A DNA stretch of 63,591 nt, counting the filler, from Octopus bimaculoides (lineage: Eukaryota), in assembly GCF_001194135.2 (NCBI RefSeq). It is 8 parts of 6 records of this genome, joined end to end, with 100 filler letters (N's around TTAATTAATTAA, not from the genome) between each part and the next. Parts side by side here need not be neighbours in the genome. Positions count along the whole stretch, not along the records: positions 50,312 to 62,249 come from NC_068993.1; positions 62,350 to 63,591 come from NW_026337096.1; 6 more parts are not named here. The stretch is one strand, 5' to 3'. The notes under the pieces are model-generated. The model did no database searches and had not been told where the DNA came from. It saw nothing but the letters and a program-made list of their open reading frames with translations. Both the position numbers and the translations under genes were made by a program. Positions 51,097 through 63,169 of the stretch are shown here, piece after piece; the stretch's first letter is position 1; the number at the start of each line of letters is the position of its first letter.

Positions 51097-51140
51097 GACC
51101 ACTGATGAGGTCACAGAAGTGTGACGAAAGAACTCTGGCC
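51097..51140 (+). ncRNA. minimal type-I hammerhead ribozyme fold, second family
   Basis: gacca-CTGATGA-g-gtcac(agaagt)gtgac-GAAA-g-aa-CTC|tggcc. Perfect 5-bp stem II, CUC triplet, stem I cca/tgg; sense to and about 400 nt downstream of the GIY-YIG ORF. Confidence 0.72.
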
Positions 51141-51754
51141 GAAATAAGATTAAGATTAATGTAATATAAAGCTGAAGCAAATTAACACCAAATATACAGT
51201 GCGTGTGATTTTATTGGCTAAACTGGCAATATGACCATCCCCAAGTACAACAACANNNNNNNNNNNNNNNNNNNNNNNNNNNNNNNNNNNNNNNNNNNNN
51301 NNNNNNNNNNNNNNNNNNNNNNNNNNNNNNNNNNNNNNNNNNNNNNNNNNNNNNNNNNNNNNNNNNNNNNNNNNNNNNNNNNNNNNNNNNNNNNNNNNNN
51401 NNNNNNNNNNNNNNNNNNNNNNNNNNNNNNNNNNNNNNNNNNNNNNNNNNNNNNNNNNNNNNNNNNNNNNNNNNNNNNNNNNNNNNNNNNNNNNNNNNNN
51501 NNNNNNNNNNNNNNNNNNNNNNNNNNNNNNNNNNNNNNNNNNNNNNNNNNNNNNNNNNNNNNNNNNNNNNNNNNNNNNNNNNNNNNNNNNNNNNNNNNNN
51601 NNNNNNNNNNNNNNNNNNNNNNNNNNNNNNNNNTATATATATACATATATATATATATGTATATATAGAAAAAAATTAAGGTACTCAGAAATCTGGATGT
51701 TTGTACATTTACAGATTTTTATTAATGTCATATGTTTTATAAATTAAATAAAGT

Positions 51755-51816
51755 GCTTTTCACCTAATCGTGTAGGATTTTCAAATTTGAAAATCCTACA
51801 CGATTAGGTGAAAAGC
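51755..51816. repeat. perfect 62-bp spacerless palindrome
   Basis: gcttttcacctaatcgtgtaggattttcaaa|tttgaaaatcctacacgattaggtgaaaagc, 31/31 pairs. Confidence 0.95.
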
Positions 51817-51915
51817 CAACCTAACGCCAACCACTCCATGAGTGTAGTGGATGCTTTTTATGTGCCACCAGCACAGGGGCCAGAAGAGGCTGGCAGCGGC
51901 CACAATCAGTTGGTA

Positions 51916-52490
51916 GGGAGCAAACCCCTACCATCCTCTACCAGCCAACAGAATTGTGAAACTGACTCAGTTTTGAGCTATTTGGCTCATCCTCAACCAC
52001 AAACACCTGCATGCCAGAGTGATAGTCAAAGGCCACCACTGCTAACAATATATTGTAAACAAAGAGACCATTGGTCACTGATCTGCAACAATCAAAATAG
52101 TTAGTTGTAAAATGTCAAGAAGAGATATTGTAGTAGCTATACTAAACAGTAAAGTTAGTCGCCACATCAAAGTGGCTGTTGAATGTTACTACAAGTTTAA
52201 CCGCAGGCAGATTTTCCACTTGTTATCAGTGTGACACTCTGCACCCTTTGTATACAATACATTGCCAGCAGGGGAAGCAAACTCCTACCACTTTGATGTG
52301 GCAACTAATTTTACTGATTAACATAGTTAATACTATGGTCACTTTGTTTCCAATATATTGTTAGTGGTGGTGGACTATGACTATCGCTCTGGTAAGCAAG
52401 TACTTGTGGCTGAGTATGAGCCAAATAGCACAAAACAGAGCCAGTCTTGCGATCCTCTTTGGTGCTAGAGGGTGGTAGGAGTTCGCTCCC
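51916..52490. mobile_element. foldback/MITE element with about 160-bp TIRs
   Basis: 51916-52075 pairs with 52335-52490. An inner inverted pair, gccacatcaaagtgg / ccactttgatgtggc, lies near 52160 and 52288-52302. Confidence 0.82.
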
Positions 52491-52634
52491 CCTTCTGGTA
52501 ATGTATTGTATATAATGAGTGCAGAGTGTTGCACAGATAACCAGCTAGCAGAGAATCTGCCTGGGGTTAAACTTGTAGTAATATATAGTAATATGTGGTA
52601 TATATATATATATATATATATATANNNNNNNNNN

Positions 52635-52679
<45 letters not shown>

Positions 52680-52688
52680 GCACACACA

Positions 52689-53520
52689 CAAGGGTGGGTT
52701 GAAAAGTTCATGGGCTGACAATGAAGGAGTGATGCTAAAGCTGTGAAAATCTTGCATGCATTAATTTCAACTCTCTTATTGTTTCTTTCCATGTGAACTG
52801 GCATTCAACTGTTCAAAAAGGTCTTCAAATGTAACAAATCTTGAAAATGGACAAAATTTGGTTTCATGGTGTTACAAATACTTACAGAAAAAGGGTTTAA
52901 CACCTAAAGACATTCATGCTGATATGGTTACTACATTAGAGGATGATGCTCTACTTTTATCCACAGTTCAGAAGTGGGCAGCTGAATTTAGGAGGGGAAG
53001 AGAAAATCTTGAAGACAAGCCAAAGTCTGGATGTCCTGCAACTGCCACCACCAAGGAAAGCGTTGATCATGTTCATTACATGCTGATGGATGACAGATAT
53101 TACTATAAATCAAATAGCCAATGCTATTAACGTATCCTGTGGGAGAATTGAGAATATTGTACACAATGAACTTGGCATGATGAAGGTTTTTGCTTGGGGG
53201 CTGCCACATGTTCTGACACCTGATCAAAAGTGCACCAGGCTGATCACCTCAAAGGAAAATCTGAGAATATTTCAGGTAGATCCAGCTGGTTTTCTTGAAT
53301 GTTTCTCAAACCAAGATGAGTGTTGGCTTTATCACTTTGAGCCAAAGACAAAGAGACAATCCATACAGTGGAAACACCCCCTCCTCATCTACTCCAAAGA
53401 AGGCCAAGTTCATTTCATCTGCAGGGAAGGTGACTGCCTCAGTTTTTTTGGGATGCAAAAAGCATCAATGGAAAGTATCATGCCAACTTGCTGAGGCAGT
53501 TACAAAAGGCTATCAAGAAC
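52689..53520 (+). mobile_element. second mariner (irritans-like), 3'-truncated
   Basis: 5' end caagggtgggttgaaaagttc. Peptides KGLTPKDIHADMV, TVQKWAAEFRRGRENLED, ENIVHNELGMMKVFAWGLPHVLT and NQDECWLYHFEPKTKRQS. Confidence 0.88.
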
Positions 53521-54199
53521 AAATGCCCAGGAAAACTGACCAAGAGACCAAGCAAAGCAAGTCCACCAGGAAGCTTGTGATAATTTCCTCTTTTGACAAC
53601 AAATCAACATTATATTCATTGGGATCCCTTTGGCTAGATGGCCATGCAGTGGGACTGAACTTGACATCAAATGGTTAGAAGTAAGCTTCTTAACTATACA
53701 GCTTCACTTGCACTTATGACAAATTGAGCTGCGTGCATGTGTGTGTGTGTGTGTGTGTGTTTACAATGAAAGTAGAAAAGCATAAATTTCACCCACATTT
53801 CATACTTTGAACTCAACAGCTCTTTCATTTAGATAAATGTCATTAATTCCATAACTGCATAACTGAGACATAATAAATTTAATTTCAGATTCAATTTAAA
53901 AACCATGATTAATCAAATCATCAGAAGTATTATGTGCTATATCAATCAGAAAACTGTCACTGGTTTTAAAGACACTAAAAATACCCCAAATTAGGAAAAT
54001 ATATATATAAAAAAATGGATAAATATATGCAGAGACATACAAATATACATACATCTATACACAAACATACAAAAACACACTTGTACACACACACACACAC
54101 ACGCATACACACACTCACACACATGCACACACACATGCACACACGCATGCACGCACACACACACACACACACATACACACACACAGTCCAACATGTGCA

Positions 54200-54760
54200 A
54201 TTCTTGCGCAGGTCCTCAATGTTGTATCCTGGAGTCACTGTATGCTTCAAGTTTTCCAACATACACCTTACCCAGGCAACTCAACCTAGGTTGATCAAGC
54301 CTAGGGGTGTGTCCAAGTGGCATTCTACTGAACCCACCAATCACCCTTTTTTAGTTAATGCCATCTAGACACTTTCTTCAAAGCTTCCATATTGGTCTTG
54401 ATGGATCTTCTGCAAGTTCCTGAAATTCTCAGTATTGTATTGGCCTTACTTAGAATACAACCTCCACTAGCAAACACCTTATTCTCCTGCCGTTCATGCA
54501 ATAGTCCTCCTTTAACTCCTGTAACTTGTCTGTCTTCCTCTCTTGAACCTCCTCCAGCTTTCCTTCCAAGGCACAGTTAAATCCAGAAAGACAACCTGCT
54601 TTGCTACCCCAGAAACCAACATGATATCTTGTCTCAGCAATGTCTGGGTAATGTGCACTGGAAACTTTAGCTGTTTCTCCAGATTAAATTTCAACACCCA
54701 GTCCTCTGCTGAGTGCAGTTTATGCAACAAACTAAGGAACACTGGTTGTGGTTGATGGAT
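54200..54760 (-). mobile_element. HERO-like non-LTR retrotransposon 3' end (RLE endonuclease)
   Basis: DWVLKFNLEKQLKFPVHI..TLLRQDIMLVS...QVVFLDLTVPWKE resembles the HERO RLE pattern (LRPDIVL...LELTVPWE), followed by a HERO-like 3' UTR. Confidence 0.7.
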
Positions 54761-54854
54761 GGAAACCTGAAATGAGAAACTAGGAATATGCTATTAAAAT
54801 GAATTTGTGAGAGGCAAAGATTAATGAAATCTAGTTATAAAACTAATGTAGAAC

Positions 54855-55450
54855 CTGGGAAAGGAGACAAAAGTTTTAATCATCTCTTGAGTGAATGCAG
54901 TAAGCTAGCACAAAAAGAGTATAAGGATAGGCATGATTGTGTCAGAGAAAATGTGTGTAGATTCAAAGTAATTGAAAATTGGTATGAACACAAGCCAGAG
55001 ACTGCAAGAAAGGATAATAATTATAGGATTTTATAGGACTTCCCCATAAAGACTGATCATACTATTGAAGTGAAGACCAGATGTGATTAGAGGACAAAAA
55101 AAAATTAAACTGTGTAAGATCATAGAGTTTGCAATACTACATAAGAATAGAGTAGATTCCAAAGAGATTCAGAAACTTGAGAAATATTAGGACTTAGACA
55201 AAGAGAGAGATGGAGAGATTGTAGAAGACTTTGGTGACAATTATTCCTGAGGTAATTGGTGTACTTAGCAAACACTCAATCTGCAACTTAAGAGGCTGAA
55301 GCATATTGGAATTGAGATTCCACTACTGACTTGCAGACAAGTGCAATCTTGTACTCTGCATAAATGCTAATAAAGACTCTTGAGATTTGAGGACACTTGT
55401 TACCAAACTTCAAGATAACATTCCTGCTAATCAAATTAGCCTGTAATTGC
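54855..55450 (+). mobile_element. R4/Dong-like LINE 3' fragment 1
   Basis: NHLLSECSKLAQKEYKDRHD...WYEHKPE...RIL*DFPIKTDH; ends in (TGA)n. Confidence 0.75.
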
Positions 55451-55489
55451 TTAATGATGATGATGATGATGATGATGATAATTCCCATA

Positions 55490-57810
55490 ATTTCCCACAA
55501 CCACGGTGCTGAGTGGACTCATTTTGTGAGATCTGAACTCCATCATCCGGAGGCTCTACAACAGGACCATGTTCACATAACAACAGAAGATGTAATTGCA
55601 CAGGTATCAAAACTGCCAAACAAGAAAGCAGCAGGACCAGATGGAATTCAAGGCTACTGGCTCAAGTGGTTTAGGTCAATACACAACTAAATTGCATTGC
55701 AGTTAGACAATTGCCAAAAGAGTGGTGCAGTTTTGGAGTGGATTGTAGAGAGAAAGACAACATTGTTGATGAAAAGGTCAAAGGGCAATGAAGTTGGGAA
55801 TTACCAACCCATTGCTTGTCTTAACCTCCTATGGAAAGTATTAAAGGCATCCTCACAAGGTAAATATATATGTTTCTTGCAGAAAATAATCTACTTCCAG
55901 TAGGACAAAAGAGATGCCGAAAAGGATCCAAGGACACCAAAGACCACTTTGTGATAGACAAGGTTGTAATGAAGAACTGTAAACGGTACCAAAAAAACTT
56001 GTGCATGACCTGGATAGACTTTAAAAAGGCTTATGACATGTTGCTGCATTTGTGGATTTTGGAAAGACTCGACATGTGTGGAATAGCTGAGAATGTGTAT
56101 GCACTGATTAAGAACAGCAAGCCTAGTGAAAAATATGTCTTTTGTGTAACAAGTACTTAACTGATAACAATTAAAAGAAGTATCTTCCAAGGAGACTCTT
56201 GTTCACGTCTGTTATTTGTTACAGCCTTGATCCCACTTTCTGTAGTCCTACACAAAGTCAATGTGCAGTATGAGCTGAAAAAGAATGGAACTCATCTCAA
56301 CCACCTTCTCTTCATGGATGATTTAAAACTGTTCACAAAACAGAGCCTCGAAGGGAAAGGCTGGTTGAAACTGTGCAGATGTGAAGCAAGGATATAGGGA
56401 TGGAATTTAGTATCTCGAAGTTTGCAGTGCTCACTTTGAAACAGGGGAAAAGAGCAGATTGTAGGGGGCATAAAATTGCCAAATGGAGAGAGAATGGAAG
56501 ACCCAGATGATGATGAGTACAAGTACCTTGGGATCCTGGAGCTGGACAATATCTTGCACAGAGAAATGAAAGACAAGGTCATCACTGCTTATTTCAAATG
56601 CCTCACACTTCTCTTGAAATCAAGACTCAACTCAAGGAACATTGTGACTGCCATCAACATGGCACTCAAACAGAGATTAACCAACTTAATTGCACTGCCC
56701 GAAAGATAATGACAATGCATGGTGCTCTCCATCCTGAGGTAAATGTACACAGGCTCTACATGAAGAGGTGTAAAGTTGGATGTGGACTGATTAGCGTATG
56801 GGAGTGCATCAACAGTAAAAGAAGAAACATGACAGAATATTTGGTAAACAGCAAACAAGACCTGCTACAGTATACTGCTAATGCAGAAGGATTTACCAAA
56901 AATGGACTTGAGAGTGTTCAGGAATTCTGATCATGAACAGCCAAAGAGACAGAAGAAACCCAACTCAGCATGGAATTACATGGTCAGTTCCACCATGAAA
57001 CTAACAAATTAAAAGACCAGAAAGTATCATGGAGGTTGCTCAGCAAGGGTGACCTAAAAAAGAATACTGAAAGCTTAATCATCACTGTCCAGGATCAGGC
57101 ATTGAATACCAACTCAGTGAAAAGGGATATATACCACACAAGTGCAATGAATCTCTGCAGAATTTGTGGGAAGAGGGTAGAAAGCATGACTTACATTGTT
57201 AGTGATTGTGAAAGTCTTGTGCAGAAAGAGTACAAGTGCAGACACAACAAGGTAGCCCCAAACCTTCACTGGCTACTATACTGGAAGTAGGGATATGAGG
57301 TAATGGGTGCTTGGTACCAACATACACTGGAAAAGGTAATGGATGAAAAGGGGACGGCAAAAATCCTCTGGGACTTTTACTTCTTGAGAGACTAGGTGTT
57401 AGAGCACCAAAACCAGATATAGTAACCTTTAGGAGGGATAAACAAGGCTGCCAAATAATCAATGTGGTAGTGCCAGGAAATCAACATATTATCATGAAAG
57501 AAAGAGAAAAGATTGATAAATATGGAGACCTGAGAATTGAGATCGCTATGAGAGTCAAACATATAGGTTGTCCCTTTTGTCATTGTAGCATTGGGTTCAA
57601 TACCACCCAACCTGAAAAAACATCTGGAAACTTTAGAAATACTCTACAATCTAGGTGTGTTGCAAAAATCAGCATTACTTGGAACTGCATGCATATTGTA
57701 TAAAGTACTGTCTGTCTGAGGTCCTTGTGTCTTGACAGACAGTACAAATCCCCCAGTACACACAATATCTCCAATCAACAACATCACGATATTGGATATT
57801 ATGCAATGCC
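55490..57810 (+). mobile_element. R4/Dong-like LINE, RT + CCHC + RLE, 5'-truncated and disabled
   Basis: KAAGPDGIQGYWLK, NYQPIACLNLLWK, WIDFKKAYD, IFQGDS, HLLFMDDLKL, YKYLGILE, HGQFH, QDQALNTN, CRICG..ES..YIVSDC, RHNKVA, KPDIV; ends in (TAA)n at about 57812-57870. Confidence 0.9.
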
Positions 57811-57835
57811 TTAAATAATAATAATAGTGATAATG

Positions 57836-57867
<32 letters not shown>

Positions 57868-58079
57868 CATAAATATGTAGATGCAGAAGAGACAATAAAT
57901 CATATTGTCTCTGGCTGCCCAGTCCTGGCTAAGAAGGAATATATTCACAGACACGACAGAGTTGGGACTTATATACACTGGAAGCTATGGAATAACAACA
58001 GAAAAAAGATGATATAGGCACACGCCAGAAAAGGTCACAGAAAATGAGAAAAGAACCATACTCTGAGATATACCAAGAC

Positions 58080-61000
58080 CAGTGGTGGATCTACAATATT
58101 GGAGCCCTGAAGCTTTACAACTAGCAACAGTAGGGCAACATCCAATAAGGGTCAAAAAATTTTTGTACCCTTGCCAGGTACCCCAGCTTGAGGCCCTGAT
58201 AACTCAAATGTTGGAGTTGTGATGTGGAGTCCTTAAAAATGAGTCTGAAAGTGAGTTTTTGAGTTATGGGGGTTGAAAATTAGGGAAGCGTTATATACAT
58301 GCATGGTGCATCATTAAGATACATATGAAAATAACAAAATACTTTTTTTTCTGTTTTTTGTAGCAACAATTTTGTCATATGAATACATATGAGAATTACA
58401 AAATGCTCTTTTGTCTGTTTTTGTAACAACAGTTTTGTCATGACAGCTTCCTTGCAATGTCATTTTCTAGAGACAATATGCATAAGGAATTTCAGCACTC
58501 TTCAGTCATGGTAGACCAAAATTCATTCTTTACAAAAGAAGGCTTTGAGGAACTCCTTTCTGCTTCACAGCTCATGATAGACATTGTCAAGTATAGCTTA
58601 TGTGCAGTGGTAATATTAGGGGATACTTCAATTAATTGCTGCTCATAAATAAACTGAAGAACTTCTGTGCATTGCATTTTAGATGGTGTGTTTACTTCTG
58701 TGTTTCGGGATTTCCTAAGGTGTAAATACTCTTTGAACTGATAACACTCATTCATTAATTTGTGGTCAGTATTGTCTTTGCAATGCGATATTATAAATTT
58801 GATACTGACCTCATCAAATTCTGAATTGTTCACCAATTCTGAGAGAAACTTGAACCTTTTCGCACTCTGCTCATATGGGGGTCCATCCTCTTGCTTAACT
58901 GGATTATCAAGAGGTCATAAACTTGATTTAGAAATTCTATCCTATCACTTGTTCTATCTACAAATTTCTTTATAACAATGTGTTTGGAAACATCAGAATA
59001 ATTTATGGTGATATATTCACATAAACCTTTTACTACTGATCCATAGTGTGCAATCCTGTCGGCCGAATTTTCTCATAGTTCTTTAACAAATGAAAGCAAA
59101 GATGCTAGCAGAAGGTAACCTTCAAATATATCAGAATCAGGGGTTTGGAGTTTCTTACTTGTTTTGTTAAAATGTTCCATAACTTCTTCCCAAATGACTG
59201 TTAAAACAGCATATTCCAATTTTACATTCAGGCTTCTCTTCTGAGTCTTCAAACATACATTTGAGAGTTTGTAAAATATCTCTATATCTATTTTTAATTG
59301 TCTGAACTGCTTCATAGTGTGCAGACCATCTAGTTACATTTAAGCTCTTTAGTAAAAAGGCTAGATTGCCCTGTGTGTTCAAAATCCCCCATCTTCAAGG
59401 AGATTCAAGAAAACATACAGCTGCTGCAAGATACCAAAATAGTCAACAACTTCAGGTACAGAAGACACTGCCTTTTACCAAACAAGGTTGAGTGAATGGA
59501 TTGCACATGGTACATAGTCTTCATACCTGTTAATGTTTTTAGGAAGTGCTTGCAATCCTTTCTCTGAGTCCTTCATATTGGAAGCATTATCGTACAACTG
59601 ATATTTTCAAGTAAAAGCTTTTGCTCTCCCAGAAATTGTTATTTTGTTGAGTAAGGTCATGGATGAATGTTTTTCTATTGGCAAAAATGCTAAAAATCTC
59701 TCAGAGTCTTCCATTATAACAGTATCGAACCACAATTACTAGCTGGTCAACACGTGTCATGTCAGGTATAGAGTCAACAATAATTGAGTAGTATTTGGTG
59801 TCTCGATTGTTGATCTGATTCACCACTTCATTTTTCACATGTTTTCCCATGATTTCTTATTTCTTTACTGCCCACAAGGGACTACACACAGAGGGGACAA
59901 ACAAAGACAGACAAATGGATTAAGTCGATTATATCGACCCCAGTGCGTAACTGGTACTTATTTAATTGTCCCCGAAAGGCAAAGTCAACCTCAGCGGAAT
60001 TCGAACTCAGAACGTAGCAGCAGACAAAATACCACTAAGCATTTTGCACATCACATTAATGTTTCTGCCAGCTCGCTGCCCATGATTTCTTTCAACCCTT
60101 CATACACAGATTTGGATAGGTAAATAATCTTTACTTTTTCATTTTTATATTTCTCTAAATGTTCATGTAAAAATGGGTCAAACTAGGCAATAAGCCCAAT
60201 GGCCCTCCCATGAAATTTCCATTAGCCCCACTTTTCCTCATGACCTCTAAATGCTAAACCTCTTTCACTTAAAAACTTAATAGCTGCTACAACTCTTTTT
60301 AGTACTTCAAAATAGTACTGCATGTTTTTTTCTCAACTGTTCCTCAAGTTGCTGATCCACAGTGTTTTTTAATTGACTCTCACATTAGCCAGCTCAACAT
60401 CACCCTGTTATGTTCCATGTTGTCTCAATGATTTTCTAGAGTTCTGAGTATATTCATCCAATCAGAAAACCCACCTGTTGTAAGTGATATTTGGCATTTA
60501 GAAAAGAGTTTGCTCTTTGAGCAAACTAACCAGGATTTCATCACAGTCTGACCATTTTTCAATCTTTTTTTCAAAGTACTTGTTTGAGAAACTTCGATTT
60601 TGCTGTTTGTAAATCTTGTTGGATTCAGTATATACATTATCTGTTTTTTTTATTTTGAAAAAAAAAACTGATGACTTGCATTAAACAGTTTTGTATGAAA
60701 TCATTATCAATTGTTATGGGCCAGTTTGCCAGGTCACTGTATTCTTTGAAATCACTAAATTTGCTTCTTGTTTCCTTTTTCTGCTCTCTCTTTTCTTGAA
60801 GTTCTTGACCACTGTGATCATCATCTGTACCAAAATTGTCAACAGTAGGTTGATTATTGCTAAACAGAGCACTCATGGTTTGTGCCCTATCATTGAATTC
60901 ACTAGTGCTTGCATGGCTTGTTTCAGTTGCAGGTGACGACAAACTTTTACTAGACATTGTAAAATAGTTTGATAGTTTTTGACATTTAGAAATTTCATTG

Positions 61001-61667
61001 GATTACTTTTCCTTGAGTTGGCATTTCCGGTATCTGCTTAAGCACTTTTGTGAAGACATTGCTGTTCGTCTTGGAGCCTAAACCTCTGTATAAAAAAGGG
61101 TAATATTTTCATTAGCCACAGTGAGACAGAGATCGATCAAGATAAGGGTTCACAACTTAATATATAATATAGTCATAAATGAAGAATTGTTCATTTTGTA
61201 CAAGGTGATATTCAAACAATTTTTCAAATAGAAAAAATGCTTTGTTACTGAACAGATTGTAAGTCTGAAATTAGGAGGCAAACCCTTTCATTGGTCATTA
61301 AATAATAGTGTGAAAATAAGAATTCTTATCTCTACTGTGCTGATATAGTAGTAGACATATTTGACAATGGGAGGGGCAGGGCCAAAATTTCCAAAATAAT
61401 TCAAGTTGTTTGTACTTTTATTTTTATTCTACTCCACACCGGCAAAAACATCAGGTGAACAACTTGTGGCTAGACACTGCATGTCTAGACTCTGTGTAGG
61501 AGTATGATATGACGTCCACTAAGACTGGTAACAGCAATCTGCATGGCAAAATACAAAAACAAAAAAATTGACAGAATGAAAAAATTAAGTTGCTTCAGGG
61601 GGAGCCCCTCCAAGATTAGGGACCCTGAAGCTTAAGCTTCATTAGTTTTATGGTAGATCCACCACTG
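58080..61667 (-). mobile_element. hAT transposon (TTF zinc finger, Tip100/ZMYM1-like), complete ends, disabled
   Basis: Perfect 15-bp TIRs CAGTGGTGGATCTAC (58080-58094 and 61653-61667) and 8-bp TSD ACCAAGAC (58072-58079 and 61668-61675). Minus-strand peptides SWLVCSK...GFSDW, YDNASNM, CAIHSLNL, LNVTRWSA and SCEAERSSS...KNEFWSTM. Confidence 0.95.
59859..60078 (-). mobile_element. complete family A SINE inserted in the hAT transposase
   Basis: 13-bp TSD CCCATGATTTCTT at 59846-59858 and 60079-60091; tRNA-like head with B box GAGTTCGAATTCC on the minus strand. Confidence 0.92.
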
Positions 61668-61956
61668 ACCAAGACACACAAATAGAGAAATTAAGGCCAA
61701 TGGGCCGGGTATAGTTGTCAGAGATCACCAAAAAAAAAAAATGCTTTCTAATCAATGTATCAATACCAACAGATGACAATGCTTCTCTAAAAGAAATGGA
61801 GAAACTTTCAAAATACAATGATCTAGAAATAGAGGTAACTTGAATGTGGAGCCTAAAAACAGAAACAATTCCTATCATAGTAAATGCATTAGGTATGACA
61901 AAAAAAAACATTCAGACAAATACATAACAAAAACACCAGGACTTACAAGTATATAG

Positions 61957-62244
61957 TGTGGTGTGTGCGTACGAGCAGATGTAATCGCCTTACCTCGGTT
62001 TTCCTTTCCTCGACTGCGAGTCCGTCTTGCGGTATCCGATCCTTGAAGCTTGCCCCGACCCAAGGTACACCAGGTATAGCAGCTGCTTCTCCCAAACCTA
62101 GACCGTCGCTTAACGCGTCTTGTCCTGACCGCAGCCCCGTTCGAAAAGGGCACGAACGCCGATCGAGGCTCCCTCTGCCCTGTTTCCCCTTCCGGTCGAC
62201 TCGCCCTTCCGGTCAGCCTCCCCAGACACTGACGTCATACCACA
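61957..62244. mobile_element. solo LTR (288 bp)
   Basis: TG...CA termini with inverted ends (tgtggtgtg / cataccaca), 5-bp TSD TATAG at 61952-61956 and 62245-62249, GC-rich, no credible ORF. Confidence 0.8.
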
Positions 62245-62397
62245 TATAGNNNNNNNNNNNNNNNNNNNNNNNNNNNNNNNNNNNNNNNNNNNNTTAATTA
62301 ATTAANNNNNNNNNNNNNNNNNNNNNNNNNNNNNNNNNNNNNNNNNNNNATGCACTGCTCTCTCACTCAATAATAATAATAATAATAATAATAATAA

Positions 62398-63160
62398 GGC
62401 AAAATGAAATGTATGGACGGGCTAACGAGACTGTCGGGGGAGGTTATGAAGCAGAAACAAGAGACGGGCTATAGGTACTTGGAGATTTGAGTTAATGACA
62501 GAAAAATTTAAGTGATAAGTGCAGAATCTGTGGACAAAACGGTGAAACCGCATGGCAGCCAATGTACGCCACTAGCCCAGAAGGAATATAAGAGACGCCA
62601 CGACAATATAGCCAGGCTTGTCCATTGGACACTTTGCAACAAGTATGGACTTGACAGAGCAAAAAATGTGGTACGAATATAAACCCGAAGGCATCATCGA
62701 AAATAGTAATGCAAAGATCCTTTGGAATTTTATGATTCAGTGCGACCATGAGATAGAGAATAGGAAGACAGACATAGTGTTAATGGAGATAGAAAGCAAA
62801 CTATGCTGGATCATAGATATAGCATGCCCAGCTGACAACAATCTTTGCGATAAGGAAGAAAGAAAAGTCGAGAGATATGAGAGGTTAGCTGGGGAGATTA
62901 AGCAGTTGTGGTCGATGAAAAAGTTGGTAGTAGTGCCAATAACTATCGGAGCTCTAGGAACAGTGAGTAAAAATCTTGAGAAGTACATGGAACAAATAGA
63001 GGTTGTAATAAGGGTGGAGCACTTGCAGAAAACAGCACTGCTTGGAACCGCTCGAATACTCCGGATGGTGCTCGAAAAATGTGTGTTACCTTAGTTAACT
63101 GGTAGGGAACAGCAGGCACTGTAGTACATCTCCAGCGATAGAAGCTGTGCAAAGGCAATA
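62398..63160 (+). mobile_element. R4/Dong-like LINE 3' fragment 4
   Basis: KCRICGQNGE...YKRRHDNIA; KILWNFMIQCDHEIENRKTDIV..IIDIACPADNN...KVERYE...VVVPITIGALGT; flanked by (TAA)n at 62370-62397 and at about 63157-63170. Confidence 0.88.
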
Positions 63161-63169
63161 AATAATAAT

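Larger units (their letters stand above)
57875..61956 (+). mobile_element. R4/Dong-like LINE 3' fragment 3, split by the hAT insertion
   Basis: Removing 58080-61675 rejoins ETINHIVSGCPVLAKKEYIHRHDRVG...TIL*DIPRHTNREIKAN...VSIPTDDNASLKEMEKLSKY.DLEIEV. Confidence 0.85.

Noticed and set aside
17345-62305. Seven identical TTAATTAATTAA words, which could be mistaken for a dispersed motif or piggyBac sites
   Set aside because: Each is centred in an approximately 100-nt N block; this is an artificial scaffold spacer.
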